Shown here piece by piece: positions 10,086 through 20,810 of a stretch of DNA of 64,000 nt; the stretch's first letter is position 1, and each line of letters begins with the position of its first letter. A program made the position numbers and the translations under genes. Below the pieces are notes generated by a model. That model did not search any database, had not been told where the DNA came from, and worked only from the letters and a program-made list of their open reading frames with translations. Origin of the DNA: an uncultured Methanosarcinales archaeon (GTDB lineage: Archaea > Nanobdellota > Nanobdellia > Woesearchaeales > CAYZNE01); NCBI GenBank assembly GCA_964405295.1, contig CAYONI010000003.1:5159-69158 (forward strand), given 5' to 3'.

Positions 10086-10238
10086 TTAACTTAATTTCGT
10101 CGTCAATTCTTCTTTTGAATTTGTTTTTTGACAGATAGGGCAAATAACTTTTTTCTTTTTACCACTACCAATAAAAGTACCAACTATCTTATCTAGAAAA
10201 GTAGTTTCAATCTTTGCATTACATATTGCACACTTCAT
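10086..10238 (-). CDS. Small zinc-ribbon protein (50 aa), absent from the ORF track
   Basis: MKCAICNAKIETTFLDKIVGT...VICPICQK with two CxxC; directly upstream of tRNA-Thr. Confidence 0.8.
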   Translation of the reverse strand: MKCAICNAKIETTFLDKIVGTFIGSGKKKKVICPICQKTNSKEELTTKLS

Positions 10239-10341
10239 ATTATGTAGATAATGTTGTTTTATTTAAAATGTTTTCTCTATCAGTTCAATCTCAACCAAAG
10301 TTATAATAAACTATATAAAAAAGTAAAGATTTAGATAACTT

Positions 10342-11001
10342 ATGGCAAGCAAAGATGAAAAATTCCTATTAGTTTCACTAAACGAAGATAAAGCTAAGAA
10401 ATTAGCCCAGATTATAAGCAATGATACCTGTAGAAAGATAATTGACCTTCTCACAGAAGGAGAAGCTACTGAAACAGAACTAGCTAAAAAGCTAAAAATT
10501 GCCATTTCGACAATTCACTATAATATTAGTCATCTTATGAAAGCAGAACTTGTTTTAGTTGATGAATTCCATTATTCTAAAAAAGGAAAAGAAATAAACC
10601 ATTACAAGCTTGCAAACAAGTATATAATTATTGCACCAAAACAGACTACAGGAATAAAAGAAGCACTAAGAAAGATTCTCCCTGTAGGATTAATCACAAT
10701 TGTTGGTGCAGCAGTTATTGAATTCTTCAATATGTTTACAATGCGTTCAAGTGCAACCTTTGGTGAGAGCGCAGCCAAAGCAATAAATACGCTTGCTACA
10801 GAACCTATGGCTGATTTAGCAGTTCAGGAAACTGCAGCTGCAGGAACCAGAGTAATGACCGATACAGCTACAGGTGTAGCTACAAACCCCTCTATTTGGC
10901 AACATTTATCAGTATGGTTCTTAATGGGGGGCTTAGCTGTGATTATACTATATTTACTGTTTGAAATAGCCAGAAACAGCAAGAAAGTAACTACTGATTA
11001 G
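10342..11001 (+). CDS. ArsR-type wHTH regulator with two C-terminal TM segments
   Basis: ISNDTCRKII...ETELAKKL...STIHYNI; hydrophobic C-terminal helices. Confidence 0.82.
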   Translation: MASKDEKFLLVSLNEDKAKKLAQIISNDTCRKIIDLLTEGEATETELAKKLKIAISTIHYNISHLMKAELVLVDEFHYSKKGKEINHYKLANKYIIIAPKQTTGIKEALRKILPVGLITIVGAAVIEFFNMFTMRSSATFGESAAKAINTLATEPMADLAVQETAAAGTRVMTDTATGVATNPSIWQHLSVWFLMGGLAVIILYLLFEIARNSKKVTTD

Positions 11002-11037
11002 TAAATATTTATAAATATTCTTTGACTTCTGAGCTTT

Positions 11038-11895
11038 ATGCCAAATACGATTAGAATAAAGGACATCCCTCTTCCAAATGGGGATAGAAAAGATCACAAT
11101 ATCCAAAAACCAAATGAATTAACCTTTGATTGGTTTATATTTGATAATATGGCAGATATAAAAGAAAAAATTATCAGATATTCTTCAGCAATTGCATTAC
11201 TTGACGAAATAACAAAGAATAGTAAAGAATATCTAGAGTTATTTATCGAACTAAAAAAAATAAAAAATAAAATCCCAAAAACCAATAAAGATTTTAATAA
11301 TTATCAACTGATGAGTTATATTAAAGACAGAACACGTAATTTTAATTTTAATACAAATATTTATACTGTAGAACAATGGGAGTTAAAACCGGCTGCACTA
11401 TTTGAACCAAATACCAACATAATCACTCTACATCTTGACGACAATTACGAGCTACAAAGGATTAAAAAAATATTTAATCTTAAAGACAAAACAAAAATGC
11501 TCCAATCACTTGACTTATTAGTTGTTAGTGCAACAGATTTATTGACTTATAATCAAAAACTTAATTCAGGGTATAGGCAATTTGAAGTTCTAAAATATAT
11601 CATTGAAAATACAGAAACCCCAATTTATCCTATTGTAGTTGATCAAAAACAAAAAAAATCTATAAAAAAATTATCCCCAATACTAAATGAACGAATAAAC
11701 ATCATAGATTACTATTCAGTCTCACAGGGAGTAGTAGATATAATAGCTATCCGCATAAAACAAAAAATACCAATCGGAAAGAAAAGAGGACTAACAGGGC
11801 ATAATCTTAAAAGATTAAGACTTGATGCAGAACAATTAACCTTAGAAACACTATTTACATACAGACTAAAAGAAAATCATCTTCGAACAGGATAA
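11038..11895 (+). CDS. Hypothetical protein
   Basis: 285-aa ORF, no recognised motif. Confidence 0.55.
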   Translation: MPNTIRIKDIPLPNGDRKDHNIQKPNELTFDWFIFDNMADIKEKIIRYSSAIALLDEITKNSKEYLELFIELKKIKNKIPKTNKDFNNYQLMSYIKDRTRNFNFNTNIYTVEQWELKPAALFEPNTNIITLHLDDNYELQRIKKIFNLKDKTKMLQSLDLLVVSATDLLTYNQKLNSGYRQFEVLKYIIENTETPIYPIVVDQKQKKSIKKLSPILNERINIIDYYSVSQGVVDIIAIRIKQKIPIGKKRGLTGHNLKRLRLDAEQLTLETLFTYRLKENHLRTG

Positions 11896-11900
11896 TAATA

Positions 11901-11983
11901 CGCCAAGGCCCAGATTTGAACTGGGAATAGCAAAAGCTACAAGATTTCCAGTCTTGCCGAGTACCAGGTTGTCGCACCTTGGC
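11901..11983 (-). tRNA. tRNA-Ser(GGA)
   Basis: GCCAAGG/CCTTGGC acceptor, G73, CAAGA-CT-GGA-AA-TCTTG, long variable arm. Confidence 0.93.
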
Positions 11984-12123
11984 ATTATATTCAAAGATAA
12001 AATATGCTTTATAAAGATATTCCTTACCTAGAGAGAGTTTAAAAAGAAAACTTTTTAAAGCAAATTCTTTTCCTCTCAACTAATACTCATAGTTCAGAAT
12101 ATCTAATCTAGAGAGGATATAAA

Positions 12124-12354
12124 TTGGTAAAGAAAAAAGAAGAATCAAAAGAAAAACTAACAAAATTTGAAATTGCAAGACTAATTGGAAGTAGAGCTTT
12201 GCAAATATCAGAAGGAGCACCATTCTTGATGAAGTTTACTAAAAAAGAACTTGATAATATGAATTATGATATAATTGAAATCGCAAAAAAAGAATTTGAA
12301 GCAGGAGTTCTACCTATTGAAATAAAAAGAATTCTCCCGCATATGGATAAGTAA
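12124..12354 (+). CDS. rpo6: RNA polymerase subunit Rpo6 (K)
   Basis: LTKFEIARLIGSRALQIS.GAP. Confidence 0.95.
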   Translation: MVKKKEESKEKLTKFEIARLIGSRALQISEGAPFLMKFTKKELDNMNYDIIEIAKKEFEAGVLPIEIKRILPHMDK

Positions 12355-12356
12355 AA

Positions 12357-13211
12357 ATGGCTAAACAAAGAAAAACAGCAAACGTAAAAGTTAAGAAAAA
12401 ACGATGGTACCCAATTCTTGCTTCAAAAGGATTTAATGAACAAATTCTTGGAGAATCATTTGTTTCAGAACCAGAAAAAATAAATGGAAAATTTGTAAGT
12501 GTTAATTTAAGTACAATTACAAAAAGTTTCAAGGACCAAAATATTAATCTTACTTTCAAAGTAGGCTCAGTTATTGATAACAAAGGACATACTGAATTAA
12601 TCAGCTATAAAATCCTATCAAGCTTTATTAAAAGATTTGTAAGAAGAGATAAATCTAAAATTGCAGATTCTTTTATTACAAAAGATAAATCAGGTAATTT
12701 ACTTAGAATAAAACCTTTAATAATTACTCACAATCTTGCAACAAAATCTCAAAAGACAGAGATAAGAAAAGCGGTAAAAGAGTTTACAAAAAATTATATT
12801 TCTAAAACAACTCTTGACTTGTTTATTAATGAACTTATTAGAAAAGATTTCCAAAAGAGATTAAAAAGAGTTCTTAAAAAAACAATGCCAATCAGATATG
12901 CAGAAATTAGACAAGTAGGGTATAATAGTGTTAAATTGTTAAGTCTAAAAGCAGAAAAGATTATTGATGAAGAAATTGTAGAAGAAATTAAAAAAGTTGA
13001 CGAAGCTGATGAAAAGATTGAAGATAAAGTAGTAGAAGCTAAGAAAGAGGAAGTCAAAAAAGAAACTCCTGAAATCAAAGTGGAAACTAAAGTTGTTGAA
13101 GAATCTAAAACTGAAACTCCTAAAGTTGAAATTGCAACTGAAGAACCTGTTTCTGAAGTTAAAGAAAAAGCTGAAACTCCTGAAATCAAAGAAGAGACTA
13201 AAAAAGCATAA
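12357..13211 (+). CDS. rps3ae: Ribosomal protein eS1 (S3Ae) with long Glu/Lys-rich tail
   Basis: KKKRWYPILA, FIKRFVRRDKSKIAD, PIRYAEIR. Confidence 0.85.
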   Translation: MAKQRKTANVKVKKKRWYPILASKGFNEQILGESFVSEPEKINGKFVSVNLSTITKSFKDQNINLTFKVGSVIDNKGHTELISYKILSSFIKRFVRRDKSKIADSFITKDKSGNLLRIKPLIITHNLATKSQKTEIRKAVKEFTKNYISKTTLDLFINELIRKDFQKRLKRVLKKTMPIRYAEIRQVGYNSVKLLSLKAEKIIDEEIVEEIKKVDEADEKIEDKVVEAKKEEVKKETPEIKVETKVVEESKTETPKVEIATEEPVSEVKEKAETPEIKEETKKA

Positions 13212-13287
13212 TTCTTTTTTTTATTATTTTTATTTTACTATAAACTTTAAATAACTTCCATTTTTATTATTTTACTATTAAATATTT

Positions 13288-14121
13288 CTAAACGCCAAGA
13301 ACTAAACCTGGACTGAATAATAATACCATTCCAAGCAGAAGCATTATTGCTCCACCAATAAACTTAATTAAAGCCATTGTCTTCTTATTTATCTGCTTAC
13401 CATGAAAACTATAACCAAAAATAAGTATAACAATTGCTAAAGGCATAATATAAAATAAATTATACAATAATAAATATCCATAATATAGTAAGTTACTTTT
13501 CAGGAACATACCACTTAAAATTCCCGTATAAATTAAAGGAAATCCCGCAGTACAAGGCAACTCAACAAGAGATGCAAATATTGCAAGGACAATAGACGCA
13601 CCAATAAGTGTTCCTATTGAACCTTTCTTTAGCAATTGTGCAACATTAGCAATCTTTCTTTTTAATGGACCAACATTTTTATCTTGAACCATCAAAGTTA
13701 CTCCTTTTCTATAAAAGAAAAGCTCTTTACAATTTATTAAACCAGCAATTATTGCAATTGCTGCAATCCCAAACCTTAGTGGGTCTATAAACCCAATAAA
13801 TTTGAAAATATTCAACCACGCCACCATAAATAAGAAATAGAATACATAAACTACTGTGATAAAAGTGAACCCAACTACAAATATCTTTTTTCTTGAATGA
13901 GATTCTGCAAGCATCAAACTAATTAATAATGTTAGAACAAAAAGATTACAAGGATTAAAACCATCAACTATAGCAATTAAGAGTGTGAATAAAGGAAGCG
14001 GCATTTTTGCACCAAGAGATTGTAATGCGTCTGAAGAAATACCTTTTGTTAAAAAATAGAATAAAGCCAAAATAACTACAGTTATTGAAACAGCTAATAT
14101 TTTTTTATTTTTGTCTTTCAT
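13288..14121 (-). CDS. DsbD/CcdA-like membrane thiol-disulfide protein
   Basis: DGFNPC and ELPCTAGFP paired Cys motifs; multi-TM. Confidence 0.8.
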   Translation of the reverse strand: MKDKNKKILAVSITVVILALFYFLTKGISSDALQSLGAKMPLPLFTLLIAIVDGFNPCNLFVLTLLISLMLAESHSRKKIFVVGFTFITVVYVFYFLFMVAWLNIFKFIGFIDPLRFGIAAIAIIAGLINCKELFFYRKGVTLMVQDKNVGPLKRKIANVAQLLKKGSIGTLIGASIVLAIFASLVELPCTAGFPLIYTGILSGMFLKSNLLYYGYLLLYNLFYIMPLAIVILIFGYSFHGKQINKKTMALIKFIGGAIMLLLGMVLLFSPGLVLGV

Positions 14122-14124
14122 TGT

Positions 14125-14532
14125 TTACACCTGATTACTCAAGAAAATATCTAAGTTCTCAGTATAGGTTTGCTTTTCTCTGGCACCAACAAAATAATTA
14201 CATCCAAAGATAAATGTTGGAGTTCCTACAAGTTCAATGTTATATGTTTCATATTGTACCATATGTTCATCAATGGAAAGATCTAATATTATTGGTTCAA
14301 TATTCTTTTCTTCACAAGCATCAATGAAATCAGGAAGAGTTTCTTTACAATGGCTACAATACTTGGACTCAAACATAATCACTTGATCATTTAAGCCTCT
14401 GCTTCGACACTCCTCGGCTGTAAAAGAACCATCGCCATTAATAGTAACGATATTGGGATCTTTTTCAGCACAACCAGCTAGGGATACTAAAAGCAAAATA
14501 CAAATTCCGATAAATAATATTTTCTTTATCAT
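14125..14532 (-). CDS. Thioredoxin-like lipoprotein
   Basis: Lipobox LAGC, CSHC active site, GTPT cis-Pro motif. Confidence 0.85.
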   Translation of the reverse strand: MIKKILFIGICILLLVSLAGCAEKDPNIVTINGDGSFTAEECRSRGLNDQVIMFESKYCSHCKETLPDFIDACEEKNIEPIILDLSIDEHMVQYETYNIELVGTPTFIFGCNYFVGAREKQTYTENLDIFLSNQV

Positions 14533-14549
14533 TTTAATATATTATTACA

Positions 14550-14595
14550 TAAAGTGAAACAACCCTTATATATATGTATCAGAAAGTGAAACAAC
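14550..14595. promoter_or_regulatory. Direct-repeat operator candidate (AAAGTGAAACAAC x2) flanking a TATA box
   Basis: Copies at 14551 and 14583; near-identical site at 43972. Confidence 0.6.
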
Positions 14596-14612
14596 ACTAC
14601 TTAAGAAGTTTA

Positions 14613-15122
14613 TTAATTATTATCTTCACAAAATAATGCCTGCAAATCTTTATTTAGAGAAAGCGTATTGGTCATACCAGATTGTTTTTTTAGTAGAATT
14701 CCTTTCTTTTCTAGAGAAGATATATTTCTAGATATTATAACCCTTGACAAACCAGTCTCCTTGTGAAGTTTAGATTGCAAAATAGAGCCACTATATTTTA
14801 TAATTAGTTTCATAATTACTCTTTCCTCAGTCCCTAAAAACTTTAATGTTGAAATTGCATCTTTGTGAACTTGGGTCTGAACATTTGTAATAGCCTTATC
14901 TCTTCTTTCGGACATAAAATAATACATTAGACTACCAACAAACAATCCAAACAAAGCAATAAGTATCAACGATACAACTACTGCCTGAGAATGAGTGCAG
15001 CTCATTTCACAAAGAACTTTCTTTTGAAGGTAATTTATTACAAAAAAGACAACTCCTGCAAACCCTGCAACTATACCAATTATAAGCCACAATCTTAGGA
15101 ATTTGTTCTGAAGTTTCTTCAT
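14613..15122 (-). CDS. Membrane-anchored wHTH regulator (2 TM plus C-terminal wHTH)
   Basis: QSKLHKETGLSRVIISRNISSLEKKG...GMTN; start placed at ATG 15122. Confidence 0.8.
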   Translation of the reverse strand: MKKLQNKFLRLWLIIGIVAGFAGVVFFVINYLQKKVLCEMSCTHSQAVVVSLILIALFGLFVGSLMYYFMSERRDKAITNVQTQVHKDAISTLKFLGTEERVIMKLIIKYSGSILQSKLHKETGLSRVIISRNISSLEKKGILLKKQSGMTNTLSLNKDLQALFCEDNN

Positions 15123-15185
15123 AACCCAATTATAATAGTCTTTATTTATAAAAATTACCCTGTGTAAATCCATAATCTTTATAAA

Positions 15186-15217
15186 GTAAAGCACACTATA
15201 CGTATAGTATACTTTAC
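15186..15217. promoter_or_regulatory. Tandem palindromic operator upstream of XRE gene
   Basis: GTAAAGCACACTATAC followed by GTATAGTATACTTTAC; each fits GTAwAG-N4-CTwTAC. Confidence 0.65.
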
Positions 15218-15225
15218 ATCAAAAG

Positions 15226-15423
15226 ATGGCAATAAGAAAAAATAAACTAAAAGAATTCAGAGAAAAAGTGAATTTTAGCCAAGAAACTTTGGCCGATAAA
15301 GCAGATGTTACAAGACAAACAGTCATCTCAATAGAAAAAGGTAAATACACCCCTAGTTTAGAATTGGCATTAAAGTTTACAAAGATTTTCAAATGCAAAA
15401 TTGAGGACTTATTTGGATTATAG
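15226..15423 (+). CDS. XRE-family HTH regulator
   Basis: SQETLA...VTRQTVISIEKGKYTPSLELA. Confidence 0.92.
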   Translation: MAIRKNKLKEFREKVNFSQETLADKADVTRQTVISIEKGKYTPSLELALKFTKIFKCKIEDLFGL

Positions 15424-15430
15424 GTAAAAA

Positions 15431-15835
15431 ATGGAATACAATTACAAAATAATATTATGGCACAAAGGAGTATTTGCTTTTATTATGATAGTTGCAGGAG
15501 TAATTATAGAACTAGCAACCACAAGCAAAGGAAATTTCTTTGGATTTAATTCAGTGGGGTCATATCTAATCTACATCGGAACAATATTCCTATTAATAAC
15601 TATAGGATATGCATTGTTTAAAAAAGAAAAAAAGATCGATGAAAGAGTAATGATGCATGGTTATAAAGCAGGAAAAATAACCTATGCCATATTGATTCTT
15701 ACCACATTTATCATAATGGTTATTGATGGAATAAAACCAATTAATATTCCTATGCACATGATGATGGCATATTTAATCATTGGAAGCACATTTATTTTAA
15801 TAATAAGTTTCTGGCTCATGGCCAAATATAATTAA
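15431..15835 (+). CDS. Membrane protein (DUF2178-like)
   Basis: 4 TM segments with DER motif; follows an XRE gene. Confidence 0.7.
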   Translation: MEYNYKIILWHKGVFAFIMIVAGVIIELATTSKGNFFGFNSVGSYLIYIGTIFLLITIGYALFKKEKKIDERVMMHGYKAGKITYAILILTTFIIMVIDGIKPINIPMHMMMAYLIIGSTFILIISFWLMAKYN

Positions 15836-15846
15836 AGGATAAAAAA

Positions 15847-16587
15847 ATGAAAGCTAAAAAAAAGGCAGTAATAAAAATCACCAATGTATCTAGAATCTTC
15901 CATGTTGGAGATAGTGAGGTTCATGCGCTTAAAGATTTAGATGTTGAAGTCCATGAAGGAGAGTTTGTTTCTATTATGGGACCTTCAGGTTCAGGAAAAT
16001 CTACTGCAGTAAATATGGTTGGGTGTTTAGACATACCAACAAAAGGACAGATTTATCTTGATGGAAAGAACATTGCAAATCTTGAAGAATCTGATCTAGC
16101 ACAGATTAGGGGTAAAAAGATTGGATTTATTTTTCAAAAGTTTAATCTTGTCTCAACACTTACTGCACTTGAGAATGTTGCGCTTCCAATGCTTTTCCAA
16201 GGTATGCCAACAGCAGAACGACAAAAGAAAGCAAGAGAATTACTGGAATTAGTAGGACTAGAAGACAGAGTTAATCATAGACCACCAGAATTATCAGGAG
16301 GACAACAACAGAGAGTTGCAATTGCAAGAGCTCTTGCAAATGATCCACAAGTTATTCTTGCAGATGAACCAACAGGAAACCTTGATTCAAAAACAGGAAT
16401 TAAAATTCTAGAATTTCTTGATAAACTTCACAGAGAAGGAAAAACAATTATTATGGTCACACACGATGCAGATTTAGCAAAGTACGCCGACAGGGTATTA
16501 TATCTGAAAGATGGCGCAATCGTAGAGAACAAAAAAATGAAAAATAATGTTAAAAACAAAGAACAAATTAAGAGGAGGCTAAAATGA
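15847..16587 (+). CDS. ABC transporter ATP-binding protein (LolD/MacB type)
   Basis: [32 protein letters not shown]. Confidence 0.95.
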   Translation: MKAKKKAVIKITNVSRIFHVGDSEVHALKDLDVEVHEGEFVSIMGPSGSGKSTAVNMVGCLDIPTKGQIYLDGKNIANLEESDLAQIRGKKIGFIFQKFNLVSTLTALENVALPMLFQGMPTAERQKKARELLELVGLEDRVNHRPPELSGGQQQRVAIARALANDPQVILADEPTGNLDSKTGIKILEFLDKLHREGKTIIMVTHDADLAKYADRVLYLKDGAIVENKKMKNNVKNKEQIKRRLK

Positions 16588-17945
16588 AAATAAAAAATAG
16601 TTTAATAGCAATTAGTATAATTATCAGTATTATATTGAGCATGGTACTTGTAAGTGCAACACCAACAGATGGGATTAGAATTAAGGTAACACTAGTTAAT
16701 CAAATTCCTGATCCTGTAGAACCAGGGGACTATGTTGATGTAAGATTCAGAGTTGAGAATACTGGAACAGACAGTATAGATAATATAAAGTTAGAACTCA
16801 TTCCAAGATATCCTTTTACAATATATGACAGCAGTGCAATAAAAGATCTTGGTTCAATAGATTCTTATCAAACAGGTGATGATGCATACATAATAAAGTA
16901 TCGACTTAAAGTTTCAGAAGCAGCAATCTCCGGAGATAATCCTATAAGCATCAGATATACTTTTGATGATTGGGATACAGTTTTTGAATTAAATGATTTT
17001 ATGATAAATGTAAATGAGTATCAACCTATTGTTGAATTGGTTTCTGCAACAACAATCCCTGAAGTGGCAGTTCCAGGTGAAGATATTGAGCTGAAATTAA
17101 AAGTTAAATCACTAACTAATGCAGATATTAGAGATGTAAAATTATCTCTTAATCTAGTAGATACAACAACAGTTACTTATTATTTTGCACCGATAGGAAG
17201 TACTAATGAAAAGATAATAGAAACAATAAACTCAGGTCAAGAAAAAGAAGTTGTTTTTACATTGGCAACTTCACCAGACACACCTATTGACGTTGAAAAG
17301 ATACCTATAACAATGACTTATCTTGATGATGAAGGTAATTCTTATTCAAAGAGTTATTTGATTGGTATAAAAACCTACGAGGAACCTGCATACATTCTTG
17401 CATTGGAAGATAAAACAATCTATAAAGAACTTCAGAAAGGAACAGTAACTTTTAGTATTGCAAATGTTGGTAAAGCAAGTCTTAACTATCTTAGTGTAGA
17501 ACTTGTTGATCAACCACTTTACTATAAGCTTCTTGGAACAAATAAAAACTATGTTGGAAATCTAGATAGTGATGATTTTGATACCGCAGAATTTGAAATT
17601 TATTCTGAAGATAGCGAAGCAAGTAAGCTTCCTTTGAAAATTAAATTAACATACAAAGATGACTATGGTAAATTATTCGAAGAAGAGCATGAAATAGAAG
17701 TAATGCTTTATGGTAAAAAAGATGCAATGAAGTATGGTCTTGAAGCACCTACAGGTACAAGCATGATTACTAATACCATATTATTAATTATTGTAACAGT
17801 ATTCTGGGTTTCAATGATAATGAACCTTGCAAAGAATAAAATGCCAAAGAGTAAAAAAATTCTATGGTGGATTCTAGTAATAGGAACATATGTTATTGGT
17901 GCGGTGCTTTACTACCTAATGGCGAGAGACAAGGGTAAGAAATAA
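16584..17945 (+). CDS. COG1361 S-layer-like protein
   Basis: Signal peptide, QIPDPVEPG, YVGNLDSDDF, C-terminal TMs. Confidence 0.82.
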   Translation: MKIKNSLIAISIIISIILSMVLVSATPTDGIRIKVTLVNQIPDPVEPGDYVDVRFRVENTGTDSIDNIKLELIPRYPFTIYDSSAIKDLGSIDSYQTGDDAYIIKYRLKVSEAAISGDNPISIRYTFDDWDTVFELNDFMINVNEYQPIVELVSATTIPEVAVPGEDIELKLKVKSLTNADIRDVKLSLNLVDTTTVTYYFAPIGSTNEKIIETINSGQEKEVVFTLATSPDTPIDVEKIPITMTYLDDEGNSYSKSYLIGIKTYEEPAYILALEDKTIYKELQKGTVTFSIANVGKASLNYLSVELVDQPLYYKLLGTNKNYVGNLDSDDFDTAEFEIYSEDSEASKLPLKIKLTYKDDYGKLFEEEHEIEVMLYGKKDAMKYGLEAPTGTSMITNTILLIIVTVFWVSMIMNLAKNKMPKSKKILWWILVIGTYVIGAVLYYLMARDKGKK

Positions 17946-17962
17946 TTACCTATTTTTTTCTT

Positions 17963-18009
17963 TTCCGATTTTTTCGGTGCCAATAAACATATAATGTTTA
18001 TTGAGCATT
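17963..18009 (+). repeat. Dispersed two-hairpin element, subfamily A, copy 1
   Basis: TTCCGATTTTTTCGG-TGCCAATAAAC-ATATAAT-GTTTATTGAGCATT. Confidence 0.85.
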
Positions 18010-18034
18010 AGTTTTTATTATAATTATACAAAAA

Positions 18035-19228
18035 ATGATTAAAGATTATTTTATAATTGCAACAAGAAGTATTGGCAATAGAAAAGCGAGAGCTTTTCTT
18101 ACAGTTCTTGGGATCATAATTAGTATTACTGCTATAGTTGCACTTATTCTTCTGGGCGAAGGATTAAAAGGTGCAATTAATGAACAATTTGAGAGTATGG
18201 GCACAAACATAATAATGGTTATACCCAAGGGAATGATGAGTGGTAGCATTGCAACCACAGAACTTCTTTCTATAGACGACGTAGATCATTTAGAGTCCAT
18301 GCCTTACTTTAAATATATTACACCAATGGCATATAAACCTGCAGAAAAAATAGGGTATAGAAATATGGGTGCGTACATTATGCTTAGCGGAGTTCCTTAT
18401 GATGACCTGAGTGAGAGAATGGGAGATTTTGATTGGGAATTCATATATGGAGGTTTCCCTGAAGAAAAGGAAACTCAGGGAGTAATTATTGGCTATTCAG
18501 TTTGGGAAGAAACTTTTGATGAAAAAATTCACGTAAATACAAATGTGATTATTGGTGGTGAAAAATTCAGAGTTATTGGAATTCTTGATAAAATTGGCAA
18601 CCAAGGAGATGATAACTCAATCATTATGGAAATTGGAAAATTTAGAGAAAAATATGATAGCCCTAGACAAGTTGATGCAATAACCTTAGAAGTAAAAAAA
18701 GGATTTGATGTTAATGAAGTTGCAGAGAGACTTGAAGTGCAATTGGAAAGACGAAGAGACGATGAAAATTTTGAAGTTTACACAATGACACAACTAATGA
18801 CCCAAGTTAATACAATGCTTGGAGGAGTAACATTTATGTTAAGTGCAATTGGATTCATATCACTTATCGTTGGCGGAATCGGAATTATGAATTCAATGTA
18901 TACCAACGTTTTAGAAAGAACAAATGAAATTGGGATTATGAAATCTATTGGTGCAAAAAATAAGGATGTCCTAAAAATATTCCTCATCGAATCAGGTATC
19001 ATTGGACTTATTGGAGGAATTATCGGTGTAATATTTGGCCAAATATTAACATTATACATTGCAGATATTATTACCAAAGCAAACTTTTTACCCATAGATA
19101 TCAGTATTAATTACCCTGTTCTTGGAGGAATGGTACTATTTGCTATTATTATTAGTTTAATCGCGGGTTATCTTCCTGCAAGACGAGCATCTAGACTTAA
19201 ACCTGTAGACGCTCTGAGGTATGATTAA
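18035..19228 (+). CDS. ABC transporter permease (MacB/FtsX type)
   Basis: GGIGIMNSMYTNVLERTNEIGIMKSIGA, LKPVDALR. Confidence 0.93.
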   Translation: MIKDYFIIATRSIGNRKARAFLTVLGIIISITAIVALILLGEGLKGAINEQFESMGTNIIMVIPKGMMSGSIATTELLSIDDVDHLESMPYFKYITPMAYKPAEKIGYRNMGAYIMLSGVPYDDLSERMGDFDWEFIYGGFPEEKETQGVIIGYSVWEETFDEKIHVNTNVIIGGEKFRVIGILDKIGNQGDDNSIIMEIGKFREKYDSPRQVDAITLEVKKGFDVNEVAERLEVQLERRRDDENFEVYTMTQLMTQVNTMLGGVTFMLSAIGFISLIVGGIGIMNSMYTNVLERTNEIGIMKSIGAKNKDVLKIFLIESGIIGLIGGIIGVIFGQILTLYIADIITKANFLPIDISINYPVLGGMVLFAIIISLIAGYLPARRASRLKPVDALRYD

Positions 19229-19230
19229 AA

Positions 19231-20421
19231 ATGATGGAGTATATCAAAATTGTATTAAAGAACTTCAGGTCAAGAAGACTTAGAAGTTTCCTAACTTTAC
19301 TTGGAATAATTATTGGTATAGTTTCTATTATATTACTTTATTCTTTTGCAGAAAGCATTGAAGATCTTGTTTCTGATCAATTTGATAGACTTGGAACAAA
19401 CAAATTATTAATAGCATCTAAAGCAGTTGGATTTGGTGGACCCCCGTCAGGAACACAAGGCTTAACCACTGATGATGTTGACACAGTTAATCGAATTAAA
19501 GGTGTTGATTATTCGGTTTTTTATTACTCAGATAGTGTTCCAGTTGAAATAAAAAATGAAGAAATACTAATGAGTATTACTGGTATAGACACAACTCACA
19601 TTAATGATATGGCTCAAGAAATGGGTCGAGAATATCAAGATGGTCGAGGCTTTAACAATAAAGAACAGGGAAATGTTGTCATTATTGGTTCAAAAATTGA
19701 AGAAAGATTTGATGTTAATCTATTTGCAAAAAGCACAATAAAAATTAATGATAAAAATTTTAGAGTTGTAGGTATTATAAAAGAAACAGGAGATCAAACT
19801 ACTGATTTAACAATCCAAATACCAATTGAATCCATGAGAGATATCACAAATACTAATGACGAAATTACAGGAATCATGGCAATGATTCTTCCGGGTATTG
19901 ATATTGAAAAAGTTGGAACTAATATGGAGAAACACCTTGAAAGAGCAAGAGGAGATGATAATTTCATTGTTATTACCCCGACAGAAATACAAGAAATGGC
20001 TCAAGAAACAATAGGTGTTGTTAAATTGGTCATTCTTGCAATTGCAGGAATCTCATTACTTGTTGGAGGATTAGGAATTATGAATTCCATGTATACCTCT
20101 GTTCTTGAAAGAACAAATGAAATTGGAATAATGAAAGCGATTGGTGCAAAAAATAATGATATTCTTTCTATATTTTTATTAGAAGCAGGAATGCTAGGAT
20201 TTATTGGAGGACTCGCCTCTTTAGTGTTCAGTTTCTTAGTTATTCAACTTGCAAACATTATTATCTCTAGTTTAGACTTATTTAACTTAACTATTAAGCT
20301 TAAGCCAGAAATAGCTGCAGGAGCAATTATATTTGCAATATTAATTGGTATGGCTGCAGGCCTTTTCCCTGCATACAGGGCAATGAAGCTTAAGCCTGTG
20401 GATGCTTTACGATATGAGTAA
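19231..20421 (+). CDS. ABC transporter permease (MacB/FtsX type), paralog
   Basis: GGLGIMNSMYTSVLERTNEIGIMKAIGA. Confidence 0.93.
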   Translation: MMEYIKIVLKNFRSRRLRSFLTLLGIIIGIVSIILLYSFAESIEDLVSDQFDRLGTNKLLIASKAVGFGGPPSGTQGLTTDDVDTVNRIKGVDYSVFYYSDSVPVEIKNEEILMSITGIDTTHINDMAQEMGREYQDGRGFNNKEQGNVVIIGSKIEERFDVNLFAKSTIKINDKNFRVVGIIKETGDQTTDLTIQIPIESMRDITNTNDEITGIMAMILPGIDIEKVGTNMEKHLERARGDDNFIVITPTEIQEMAQETIGVVKLVILAIAGISLLVGGLGIMNSMYTSVLERTNEIGIMKAIGAKNNDILSIFLLEAGMLGFIGGLASLVFSFLVIQLANIIISSLDLFNLTIKLKPEIAAGAIIFAILIGMAAGLFPAYRAMKLKPVDALRYE

Positions 20422-20447
20422 CATTTAAATACTCAAATGAATTCTCA

Positions 20448-20810
20448 TTGTTTAAGATGAATAATATACTAATAGAAACAATTAAAAACTTTGAAAAATT
20501 GGAAGGATTCCAAGATAAAAGCAGCACTATTACGGAAGAAATAAGCAAAATAACTAAGTACGAAGTAAACTTATTAGACAAACCAGTACCTAATGAACCA
20601 GAAAAGGTTACAGAATTAAGAGAATTCTATAAGAATAACGAACTATTTATGAAATTCTATCAAAAAATACATGGGCCAAATTCAGTAGTATTATTATCTG
20701 ATAATGCACCAGAAAATTTTGTTCAATTACCAGAATACCAAAACATTGCAATCCCAGTTGAGTGGAAAGAATTTTTAGGACCTCAAATAAAATACGCTAA
20801 ACTTCGTTAA
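20448..20810 (+). CDS. Hypothetical protein
   Basis: ORF only; start may be 20457. Confidence 0.5.
   Translation: MFKMNNILIETIKNFEKLEGFQDKSSTITEEISKITKYEVNLLDKPVPNEPEKVTELREFYKNNELFMKFYQKIHGPNSVVLLSDNAPENFVQLPEYQNIAIPVEWKEFLGPQIKYAKLR

Noticed and set aside
11855..12079. 74-aa ORF
   Set aside because: Overlaps tRNA-Ser.
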